Below, piece after piece: positions 53,256 through 64,000 of a stretch of 64,000 nt of DNA. The position numbers were made by a program, and so were the translations under genes. Source of the DNA: Eledone cirrhosa (lineage: Eukaryota); contig OZ024743.1 of the NCBI GenBank assembly GCA_964016885.1, positions 365,614,001 to 365,678,000 of the forward strand, given 5' to 3'. Numbering within the stretch: position 1 is the first letter of the stretch; every line of letters starts with the position of its first letter. The notes beneath the pieces were generated by a model. It saw nothing but the letters and a program-made list of their open reading frames with translations. It did not search any database and had not been told where the DNA came from.

Positions 53256-53414
53256 ACGTATGCATGTATTAATTTATATATTTAATTAGGATGATGAGGG
53301 TATGAGTTGCAATATATCAACCAGTTTGCAGTAACAGCCTGCCTTAGTAAATTATTTTAATATGTTTATGCTTGGAACCTATTTTTTAATTCGATCTATT
53401 TGCATTTACAGACA

Positions 53415-53452
<38 letters not shown>

Positions 53453-53528
53453 CTCTCCCTCTCTCTCTATCTCTCTCTCTCTCTCTCTCTCTCCCCTCTC
53501 CCTCTCTCTCTATCTCTCTCTCTCTCTT

Positions 53529-53576
<48 letters not shown>

Positions 53577-53578
<2 letters not shown>

Positions 53579-53661
53579 CGAGATCGGAAGAAAAGTTCAT
53601 AGGCTGACCAAGATACTGCCATGGAATAACCAAATGAGGTTTATTTTCCAACATAGTCCCT
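53577..53661 (+). mobile_element. Possible mariner-like terminal fragment
   Basis: TA|CGAG...AAAAGTTCATAGGCTGACCAAG...TTTTCCAACATAGTCCC resembles mariner 5' ends; no partner TIR found. Confidence 0.4.
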
Positions 53662-53701
53662 GGAAAAAATCAATGCAGTTATAAACAAGAAGAGTTTAAA
53701 T

Positions 53702-53892
53702 TAATTGTTACTACTTTTGGCACAAGGCCAGCAATTTTCCTAGTACATTACTGGTACCTTATTTTATCGATCCCATAAGGTTGAGAGGCAAAATTAAGAT
53801 CGGTGGAATTTGAACTCAGACCGTAAAAGACCATAACTCTATACTGCAAAGCATGACGTCCGACCCTCTACCGATACCGCAAATCCACCGCC
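53702..53892 (-). mobile_element. SINE family A (diverged)
   Basis: Matches family A with more substitutions. Confidence 0.85.
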
Positions 53893-53950
53893 AATCCAAG
53901 AGTTTAAATTAATGCATGCAAGATTTCACAGTTCTTTCTGCCCCCCCCCC

Positions 53951-54046
<96 letters not shown>

Positions 54047-54209
54047 TATTAAGTGTAATGAATTCTTTTACAATGGACAAACTGTAATATTATAATTAGT
54101 ATACTTCATTCTGGCTAAATTTTCTTTTGCAATATAAATACAGATGTGTTGGTATTTGTGTTTCATCATATATATTAATTTATATACATATATATATATG
54201 TGTGTGTGT

Positions 54210-54437
54210 GAAGGCGTGTGGCTGAGTGGTTAGAGAATTGGATTCACAATCTTGAGGTTGTGAGTTCGATTCCTGGACCGGGCGATGCGTTATGTCCTTG
54301 AGCAAGACACTTTATTTCACGTTGCTCCTTCTACCTGGAGTTGCGACCGATAGGTAGTACTAGCAACTGGAAAGACCAACGGAAACATTGTTTCCTCGGT
54401 CCGATTTGACGAAAGTCGATCGATTAAAAAAAAAAAA
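54210..54437 (+). mobile_element. tRNA-derived SINE family B with poly(A) tail
   Basis: A-box TGGCTGAGTGG, B-box GTTCGATTCC, core TGTCCTTGAGCAAGACACTTTA; near-identical to 61228-61451. Confidence 0.88.
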
Positions 54438-54456
54438 TATATATATATATATATAC

Positions 54457-54487
<31 letters not shown>

Positions 54488-54491
<4 letters not shown>

Positions 54492-54690
54492 GTTATACTT
54501 TGGGAGGGTCATGTTGCCAATAAGAAACACACGCACCAGTTGCTTTCACTTCAATTTATTATATATTTATAAATTTATAAATTTACAAATCTACAAACTT
54601 ATAAATTTCTGGTTGGTTGGTTCCACAACCAGATAGTTTAAACACACGATTTCAGATAAAGAATCTTGCTAAACAAATTCAGAAACGAAA
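54488..54690. mobile_element. ORF-less PLE remnant: inverted pLTR end fused to tail
   Basis: 54488-54638 matches ~38345-38499; 54640-54690 is the reverse complement of ~38284-38334. Confidence 0.85.
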
Positions 54691-54707
54691 TATATATATA
54701 TATATAT

Positions 54708-55200
54708 ATTGTTATACCTGGGGAGGGTCATATTGTGTTGTAATAATATTGCCAGGATTAATAACAGAACACACTCACTGTTTGGTTGGTTTTCGCTTTT
54801 GTATCTTTTATATCAGTTAATTCATTCGGTCCTCAATGTTTACCATTGACTGAACAACGGTCAAAAATACAGATATGATATAGACACAAACACATATATA
54901 TAGTCTAACAAAGTTCTTTCGTTGCACATCTACAACATCGTCAGTGGTGCTATTATGTTCCTCCTGTTGTATTGTATATTTACGTCATCTTTATTTAATC
55001 TGTTTATTTATTTATTTATTTTTGTCTTCTCTGCGCATGCGTTTGCGTGTGTGTATAGTGTTTGCTGTGTTTGGGTGACTGTGTTTTGGTTATTGTATTC
55101 TATCTTAGTTTACTAGTGTGTGCTTATATGTGTATGTTGTTATTGTGCTTGTGTATATATTTATTTATTTATTTACTTATCAGTATTTTTTGTTTGGGTA
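54708..55200 (-). mobile_element. Related PLE pLTR with degenerate hammerhead (54907-54948)
   Basis: Shares the TTGTTATAC..GGGAGGGTCAT end and TGCGCATGCG motif with the 38345 pLTR; minus strand ACCA-CTGACGA-T-GTTGTA-GATG-TGCAAC-GAAA-GAAC-TT-TGTT. Confidence 0.65.
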
Positions 55201-55349
55201 TACATACATATATATTTATTAAAATAACAGATTAAAGTTTAAGCAAAGAATCGTTGCTTTCACCCTTAACGTTTTTTTTTTTATATATTTGTATATATAT
55301 TATCCTTATCGAGCCCTCTTCGGAGTTTAGTCTCCAGATTTATTATTAT

Positions 55350-55427
<78 letters not shown>

Positions 55428-56678
55428 CAACCAATAAGAAGATAACCATAGGCCATTATGTGAAACTACGGTTTGGTCCCAGTTATGAAATAGTGTAACA
55501 GTTGCACACCCAACAACCAACATCACACTGGCTGGATGATGGAAAATAGGGCCAAACGGTGGTTTACATTCAGCAAATGTCGCTGAAAATTCATTAACTG
55601 AAACGGGTCTCCTTTATAAAAGTTGTTGCTGCATTATCTAGTCGTAATTTCTTTTCAGATCTAAAAATACTCAGAAACAAAGATGAAGTCAGCTCGAACT
55701 CTGAGAGTGTTGATATAACAATATCAGCTGTTGTTTACTGAAGTCTAGAGTAGTTGTGAGTTGATATCCACGTTCAGTTTCATATTCTCTTACGTTCTTG
55801 TGCATGTTATATATGCCAAGCTTTATTAACGTTGATCTTAAAAACTATATAGTTACAGTAGTATCTTTTTTTACTAAAGCATATCTTTTATTACAGTAAT
55901 TCTAAACTATTTGTGTATGCAGATGTTCTGCACAATGTGCTGCAGTCTGACGTTATAGGATGATGGATATGTTGTAGCAAGTTAAGAATGACACCAAATA
56001 TGTCCATAAACAGTACCGATGAAGTGCAAAAGTTTAAAAAGTTTTGATTAATAGAAGGTATATCCCCGTACAATTTTGGATTTATGGGGACAGCGTCTGC
56101 TTGTGGATCGAGTGCAAGTATTCTTCATTTTCGATGCTTCAACTGAGAAATATAAGTTTTTGTACTTTCAGTACTCTCAGTTTTCATACAGAAACTCACA
56201 CACAAATATTTTCATGGAATAATTGAGTCGATGGTATAAAAAGTATTGCAGGAGGTTTCAAAGTCTTATTTCTGTCGGGAGAGGTAGTTTTTCGTATACC
56301 TTGTAACACTTCTTTAGCAGAACGCACATCTTACTACAAATAAGTAATTGCATCAGCTGATGACAATTCAGAAAAAACAGATTTTGCTCCCTATTGAAAT
56401 ATTTCAGTGAAGAGTTTCGTTCTGAAGAAAAAAATAAAGAAAAAATTGAATAGACTTGATATAGAACTGAATTAAGTACGTAAATTTATTTCAGGCTTTG
56501 TTTTAATAATTTTGCATACGGTACAATTCATCGTTTTTTTCGCAATTTACACAATTTATAGTAATTCATATTAGAATTTGGATTTTCGCTCTAACATAGC
56601 GGATACGTAAATGAGTTTGTGAGTTTTATATTGAATAATAATATTTGATTCGTTTGCAAGCAAACAACCTCATTACCC

Positions 56679-56801
56679 TATGTTGTTTAGATGACCATCA
56701 TCATCCTTTTGTTCTAGCAGTGACCCAGAAACAATACTGTCGATTGTTTCTCTCTGCCACCGCTAGAACAGAATGACGGCGATGGTCACCTAAAAAACAT
56801 A
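56679..56801. repeat. 123-bp imperfect hairpin/palindrome
   Basis: Arms of ~57 nt pair almost throughout around a ~7-nt loop. Confidence 0.85.
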
Positions 56802-56954
56802 CAATAACATCTACATATGCACGCATACAGACATGCATACAGACATGCATACATATCTACCTAGTTGATGTTGTCTTGTGTATATGCTAGAAACCGAATC
56901 TATTGGTAAAAGATTATAAAATTATGAAAGCAGAAGAAAATACATACATACCTT

Positions 56955-56993
<39 letters not shown>

Positions 56994-57018
56994 ATACATA
57001 CACACACACACACACACA

Positions 57019-57079
<61 letters not shown>

Positions 57080-57524
57080 GTACATATTTACATATATATA
57101 TTCGTAGATATATAGACAGATCCACATAAACACATACACATATAAGCAGTTATGAAAAGGCAAGGTCCCCTGACACTCAAATCTCTGACAGAGTGTTTAC
57201 CATTACAAACGGCGACATTTACATTTCAATGTATAATGTAAGCAGCTTCGAATTTCGACTGAGACAAGTCAAGGCTGTTCACTCCTCAACAGTATTTCAC
57301 TCTCTACCCACCACACCCCAAAATGTCCCTCTGAGTCGATATTTTAGTTTCAACGATTAAAAATGTATCATCTCCCAAAGCATATAATTTTTTTTATTTA
57401 TATCCTCACCCGAGCCCGCAGATAAGCCAAAACACCAACCACTACGTAGTCGTTCGAAATGGTAGGCATACTAGCCAAATTTCCCTCAAATTACAAAAGA
57501 AATGTCTCATTAATTCAAAAGGTA

Positions 57525-57720
57525 AGTGCCATAGTGTTTAAAATATTGGATTCCCGATTATAAGACCGTGAGATCGATTCCTGGACTGGGCGGCGTGTTG
57601 TGTTCTTGAGTAAAATTCTTTATATTCACGTTGATCCTTCTGCCTGAATATACAACCGTCAGATAATATCAGCAATGGAAAGACTGATGGAGATATAATT
57701 TTCTTTGTACGATCTAACGA
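57525..57720 (+). mobile_element. Diverged SINE family B
   Basis: TCGATTCCTGGACTGGGCGGCGTGTTGTGTTCTTGAG...TTCACGTTG homologous to the 54210 copy. Confidence 0.65.
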
Positions 57721-57892
57721 TTGGTTCTTTTCTTTTTCTTTCCATTTTTTAATTACCTGATATAGTCAGTCTTTGATAATGTGTCTGATTCATAGGACTA
57801 AACTGAAACAATGACAACAACCATCACTATTCTTAGTGTTGTTGTTGTTGTTGTTGTTGTTGTTTAGCCCCAGTTCAATTTTCGTAGAGTAA

Positions 57893-58138
57893 GTGGATAA
57901 AATAAAGTACCAGTAATACACTGGGGTAATTGCTGGCCTAGTGCCAAAAGTAGAAACAATTATTTAGTTGAGTGTCAGACACCATGCTTTGCAGCATTGA
58001 GTTACGGCCCTTTGCGTTCTGAGTTCAAATCGCCCTGAGGTTAACTTTGCCTTTCATCCTTACGAGGTTGATAAAATAAAGCACCAGTTATGCACTGGGG
58101 TAATTTCTGGCTTTGTGCCAAAAGTAGAAACAATTATT
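57893..58138 (+). mobile_element. Two tandem 5'-truncated SINE family A copies
   Basis: Two successive GATAAAATAAAG...GTAGAAACAATTATT ends. Confidence 0.8.
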
Positions 58139-58214
58139 TAATGATATTCATTGAGATCAAATCTAGTCGAGGTCATATTTTTCGTTCATCCTTCGAGGGT
58201 CGATAAAATATATA

Positions 58215-58402
58215 CAGACCTGTCAACTCTCCCTGTCTGACGGGGAGATTTCCCACCCACTTCGGGGTGTGTGAGAGATGTCTTCTCTTGTGAAAATGGG
58301 TATAGCTTTCATTATGTAAAATCTCCTAATTTTGCCTCATTTCTCCTCGTTTTGGGGCACTTTTTTCATGTTACTCCCCATTTTTAGAGGTTGGCAGGTC
58401 TG
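58215..58402. mobile_element. 188-bp MITE
   Basis: TIRs CAGACCTGTCAAC / GTTGGCAGGTCTG flanked by TATA; interrupts a SINE core fragment. Confidence 0.75.
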
Positions 58403-59589
58403 TATATATACGATCGATTATGAACCTCTTCCGTCTAAATGTGAGGGACTGTGACTATATTAGACATGTTCAACATAATTATTCGATAGAGCGTTGGGTA
58501 GAATGCTTGGAGGAGTTTCTTCTGGCTCTCTTTGCGCTCTAAGTTCAAATCTTGTCAAGGTCAACTTTGCTGATCATCCTTTCGATCAAGTAATGAACCA
58601 TTCAACTAATGAAATTGTGACGCTTGATTCCACCGCCTTCCAACTTCAAATCTGTAGATGTGTGTCTTAATTAGAAATTATTATTATTTCATTTCATTTT
58701 TATTAGTTTGGTCTGGAGGAAGTTGTTTTGTCCATCAATCTCACCGGAACTTCAAAGCCGGTGAGATTGATGCCGTTAATGTTCCTCTTAAACTATTAGA
58801 GTTGATGGCTATGGAGGAGACATGCTGCACAGGGATGGGTTTTCTAAGGGCCGTGGTTCCGATCAGTTCTTGCAGAATTTGTGTGGCTATGGCTAAAGTA
58901 AAGTGGTGGATGAGATGGACATGTTTTAGGTCAGATCTTTCTTCCATTATCAATTGATGCAGAAGATAAAAGGGGAGAAAGAGAGAGGGTGAAGATTTAT
59001 GACTCCTAGTAAATTTCGTGAAAAATGGTGTGAGAGTGGGGATGTGTCTACTACGAAGTTTTGCTTGTATATTGACAAGAGGAAGCCACTGACTTCTGTA
59101 TTGAGATTAAAAGTGGCCTATATGGACTGTTCCGATGTACTATTCATAGATTACCTTCTTTTGATATTCTATTATAACTGGTCTATTTTGAATAATATAG
59201 TCGTAGGACACTATTGAAAAAAAAAACAAATGAAGGGTTAGTCATGATTAGAGGCGGATGAAACTCGCAGATGGCCTCGGGCTTCACGTTCATTGGAGTC
59301 CTTGCTGATTATTTATGTGGCCCCTTGAAATATTGTGGGTGTCCCTGTCTACAACCCATTAAGCCTTTCCCCCACATACGCTGTCACTGGTTTTAGCAGA
59401 TACCAACTCTGATCATAAACTTGCTCGATCATATCTAACCTGAGGTAAAACAGCAAATGCATTAATTTAATTAACTGTTGTATAATGTCACCATCAATTA
59501 CATTTTATAACCACACCACCACCTTCGTTAAAACCGAAAGAAAAAAGGCAATAGCCTTTTTATTTAATTCGTATGGTATGGTGGGGTAT

Positions 59590-59905
59590 GGACCCGTAAC
59601 TCACGGGAGTTGTAGGGGAACCATATTGACATACGGCTTTTCTTAGATCATTTTAAAACCTGGAGGATCCCATCCGCTCTCCAGGCCTGAGTACAGAGAT
59701 TTCTTTCAGAGAAGAGCAGAGAGTGAGAGAAAGGAATCGAATCGAGAAAGAGATATACAGGAAGACTGGTACTTTTTCTATCGACCTTGAATGGCTGAGA
59801 GGCAACGTTGACCTCTGTGGGATATGAACTGAGTGAGCAGAAAACCGGAATAAATACCGCAAAGTACTCTATCTGACGTTCTAATGACTCTCCCAATTCG
59901 CCTCC
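59590..59905 (-). mobile_element. SINE, same subfamily as 32760-33121
   Basis: Shared CCATATTGACATACGGC and CTCTCCAGGCCTGAGTACAG blocks plus SINE head. Confidence 0.7.
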
Positions 59906-60296
59906 TATTTATTTAATTACACTTATTAAATGGTGTGTTGTGATGATCACAGATAACGTATCGACTTGTCAGTCAAGATATTCGTCGTATGGTAAAGGTG
60001 ACAAATTTAGTCTTGGATCTGACATCCGGCACAACATATTTCTAACTATTGTTGGGATCATTAGGTGCATTTCTAAAGTACACCATCATCATCATTAGTA
60101 TTCCACCATTGGTAATATGTATGTCCATATTATAGTTCGTTTGTATGATTTTAAATTCATGTAGAAATACATACATGTGTGTGTGTGTGCGTCTCTCTTT
60201 CTGTATATATATATATAATTATGCTGACTGACTGAATTAGAATCATTTCGAGGCATATATAAATGTGTGTGTGTGTGTGTGTGTGTGTGTATGCGT

Positions 60297-60383
<87 letters not shown>

Positions 60384-61134
60384 TGTGTGTGTGTGCGTGT
60401 GTGTGTGTGTGTGACATTTATCCAAATACATATACATTTCTGGTAGTTAAATGCATAACATGACGGCAACCAACGCAAAACATATTTAAAATGAGCTAAA
60501 TATATTTATTGGGCGAAAAGCGTAGAATTCGAGGTGTAAAGATTTCTATGAAATTTGTATCGATTCATTTTGGATGAGATATACTACAGTAAATAAAAGT
60601 AAAAAAGGTAAATGAACCATAGCTCGTGGTGGTGTCGTAAGGTCGCCGCCCTGTCTCACGGCGTATCCCTCGCATTTTAAACCTGATGGGGCCCATCCCT
60701 CACCAGGTCGAAACAACCGATTTTCTGAAAGAAAGAAAGAAGAAGAAGAAGAGGGGGTTGACCGCAGTATTAGATGGGTGGTTATTTATCAACTTCGAAC
60801 GGATGGAAGGCAAAGTTCAACTCGGTTCGATTTGAACTCAGAACGCAGTGAGTCGAAGCAACAAAGAGTATCAAGAACTTCAGATGAAAGTCAAATCCCA
60901 TTGTGCTGCATCTTGAGCAAGTGACCTTTACTAGCCTCCGATTGACCGAAGCCTGTGAATAACATTTTCCTTTAATTGGAAATTTTTACTTCGTCGCACG
61001 CAGAGTCAGGCGGATTCTATCTGAAAATTGTTTTAAGGGTACAGTGTCTCTAGAATACCCTGAAACTTACACGTTTAATAAGTTGGATATTCAACTGAAT
61101 GTTCATCGTCGAAATGATGGAAGGTTCGTTGTCG

Positions 61135-61176
<42 letters not shown>

Positions 61177-61227
61177 GCGTGTGTGTGCGTGTGAGTATGT
61201 GCATTATACACGTATATATATATTTAG

Positions 61228-61451
61228 TGAAGGCGTGTGGCTGAGTGGTTAGAGAATTGGATTCACAATCTTGAGATTGTCAGTTCGATTCCTGGACCGG
61301 GCGATGCATTATGTCCTTGAGCAAGACACTTTATTTCACGTTGCTCCTTCTACCTGGAGTTGCGACCGATAGATAGTATTAGCAACTGGAAAGACCGAGG
61401 AAACATTGTTTCGTCGGTCCGATTTGACGAAAGTCGATCGATAAAAAAAAA
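61228..61451 (+). mobile_element. SINE family B
   Basis: Near-identical to 54210-54437. Confidence 0.88.
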
Positions 61452-62199
61452 TATATATTGAGAGAATGAGGAGAAAGAAATGAAAAAGATCCCTGTTTAC
61501 TTTGAAAAGAAAACGTTAGTGTGTACGTAGCCGATCTCTAGGACGTTTATGAAGCGCTGACAGGGATATAAAATAGCTTATAAACTAGGGTGAAGATCCT
61601 TAAAGACAATGCCTGTAACTGTATTAATGACTTCCGAGTATTTATAATTTGGAAGTGTTCATTCAGGGGTCAAGATATCAACTTTAATGGCATATTACAG
61701 TTGCTTTAAAATATAAGTTCGCGTGTTATAGTTTATACTGTCTATCACATACACCTGATACCAATCGAATTCTGCAGTCAGAGTCGGACCTCTCATCCGG
61801 GCGTTTGGGCAATGACCATTAGGTTTTTAGACAGAGTAAAAAAACAGCTGAATAAACGCCAGGAAAAACCGAAGTCATAACCACTATACAATGATTAAAA
61901 CAAAAATGGAACGTTTCATATCTGTATATTGAAAACTCACCTAGCCCTTAGCAAGTTACCAGTCTGTTTGTCAATGACACTCGATTTTAAGATCTACTTC
62001 GCTTCTCTCTACAGTCGACTTATGGTGACTAAAGCCCCATCCGGCATTTCAAATAAGAAAATATTCAGTGTATTTTAGGAAAGAAATGGTTAATGATGTT
62101 TTCTTCTGCTTTACGGTGACACGAAAATATATTTACTCTTCGATATTTTCTCTCTAAATACGTCTTTCAACATACATGCAAACACGAGTTCATGTTTGA

Positions 62200-62284
<85 letters not shown>

Positions 62285-63177
62285 CATGCATACATATATA
62301 CACAATATGTGTGTGTGAAGAAGGCAAGAGGGAGAAGGTGATGGGTAACTTAATCTGTTGAACAATCTCACATATCGGTCACAGCACACGCTCATACACA
62401 CACAAATACGCACACACCCATATATATACATATATATATATATGTGTGTGTGTGCGTGCGTGTATGTATATATGTATGTGTATCTATGTATGTATGTACG
62501 TATAACTATGACAGTTAACTAGACATTTAGAAAGTAGAAAGATATACGTAGAGAAAGTCAAGGTGAAAAGAAAAATGAAAAAATAAAATAAAGGAAAGTA
62601 AAGAAGAAGAAGAAGAAGAAGAAGAAGAAGAAGAAGAAGAAGAAGAAGAAGAGAGTGAGATAAAGACAAGGATTCGAGCTCTTGACATGTTTGGAGACGA
62701 CGGGACGCCCAGAATGTTAACAAAACCTTTCAGTCCGGCCTACAACTGTTGGCAGAAGGCAATGAATGGTTGGTTAACTGGTTGTCCAACTCGGTCGAGC
62801 TGAACAGCTTGATGACGTGTTGTTTGGGTTTGGTTTTATTACATGTGTTTGTATATGCGACTGCTCGTGTATGTGTGTGTGTGTGCGTGTGCGCGCGCGT
62901 GTTTGTGTTTGAGTTTGTGTGTGTATGTGTGTGTGTGTGTGTGCTAGTTGTATATCGCAGTTGGTGATTTCCAAATAGAATATCTCACCTTCATTTCAAT
63001 GCTACATGCATGCATACATATATACATACGTACGTACATACATACACATCCATACATACATACATATGTATGTATCCAAGTATTTATGCAAGATACCTAC
63101 CTACCTACATACATACATACATACACACATACATACATACATACATACATACATACATACATACATACATACATACA

Positions 63178-63505
63178 TGGTGGCTGCCAACTCGTTTTCG
63201 AGTACGGCCACTACTTTATATCCATGTAGGAGAACCCCTACCGATGCGCTGAACGAGTGTGACTTTTTAGTCCAGCCAGCGACTTGAAAACTCTGGTACA
63301 AACACTACACTTGTGACAATTATTGACACATAGTGCTGGACCCATGGTACCATGTGATGACAAGTGCAGAGAGATCTCCAGATATAAAGCAATGCCTGTG
63401 CCGTGAAGCCTTTATAGTGAGCAAAGGCACTGCACAAAGCCAGTCCCACTCTCTTAACCAAGATGATATTTACCAAAAAGAAGAACAAGTCAACATCATT
63501 GGATA
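63178..63505 (-). mobile_element. 3' part of the RTE derivative seen at 25418-26026
   Basis: Near-identical to 25418-25745, including CSVCTRVFKSLAGLKSHTRSAH; (ACAT)n on both sides. Confidence 0.85.
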
Positions 63506-63527
63506 CATACATACATACATACATACA

Positions 63528-63558
<31 letters not shown>

Positions 63559-63678
63559 GTATGTATCCAAGTAATTATGCAAGATGAAGGTATGGTTTTT
63601 TTGTGTACATTTTCTGCTAATACAACAATTCGATACACTTAACGCTACACATCGTTTTCTCGACAATTAGGGTATATA

Positions 63679-63724
<46 letters not shown>

Positions 63725-63825
63725 GTGTGCGCGCGTGTGTGTGTAAATATACATAAATACATATATATGTGTGTGTGTATGTGTGTGTGTGTGAGAGAGA
63801 GAGAGATAGCGCGAGTGTGTGTGTA

Positions 63826-63909
<84 letters not shown>

Positions 63910-64000
63910 TGTATGTGTGTGTGTGTGTGAATGTGTGTGTAATGGCTGTATCTCAGTTTCGAGAATTTCCATCCGTTGACCTTTTTCTCATCCAAAGGTG

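Noticed and set aside
55890-56350. Possible piggyBac-like transposase remnant on the minus strand
   Set aside because: Only faint motif echoes, too degenerate to support without a profile search.
58700-59130. Possible LINE ORF2 3' end on the minus strand (FKRNINGINL, similar to 22930-22960)
   Set aside because: Similarity limited to about ten codons; not enough to call.

Overview
AT-rich, microsatellite-saturated animal non-coding DNA (intronic or intergenic). The repeat families and repeat style resemble cephalopod (Octopus-like) genomes, but that is an inference. No host protein-coding gene can be supported; nearly all short ORFs in the track are translations of (TA)n/(CA)n/(ACAT)n repeats. 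Real coding signal comes only from transposons. These are four Penelope-like element (PLE) remnants with RT and/or GIY-YIG, two 5'-truncated Tx1/L1-group LINEs, a head-to-tail run of three R4/Dong-like RLE elements, RTE derivatives, a Gypsy gag remnant and several non-autonomous Helitrons, plus many tRNA-derived SINEs and MITEs. The most striking unannotated layer is RNA structure: about a dozen type I hammerhead-ribozyme motifs in PLE-type terminal repeats. Three of them form a family with a 60-62 nt extended stem II domain, compensatory changes in stem I and a shared conserved downstream tail. Several retroelement families also appear to partition different microsatellites as landing sites.
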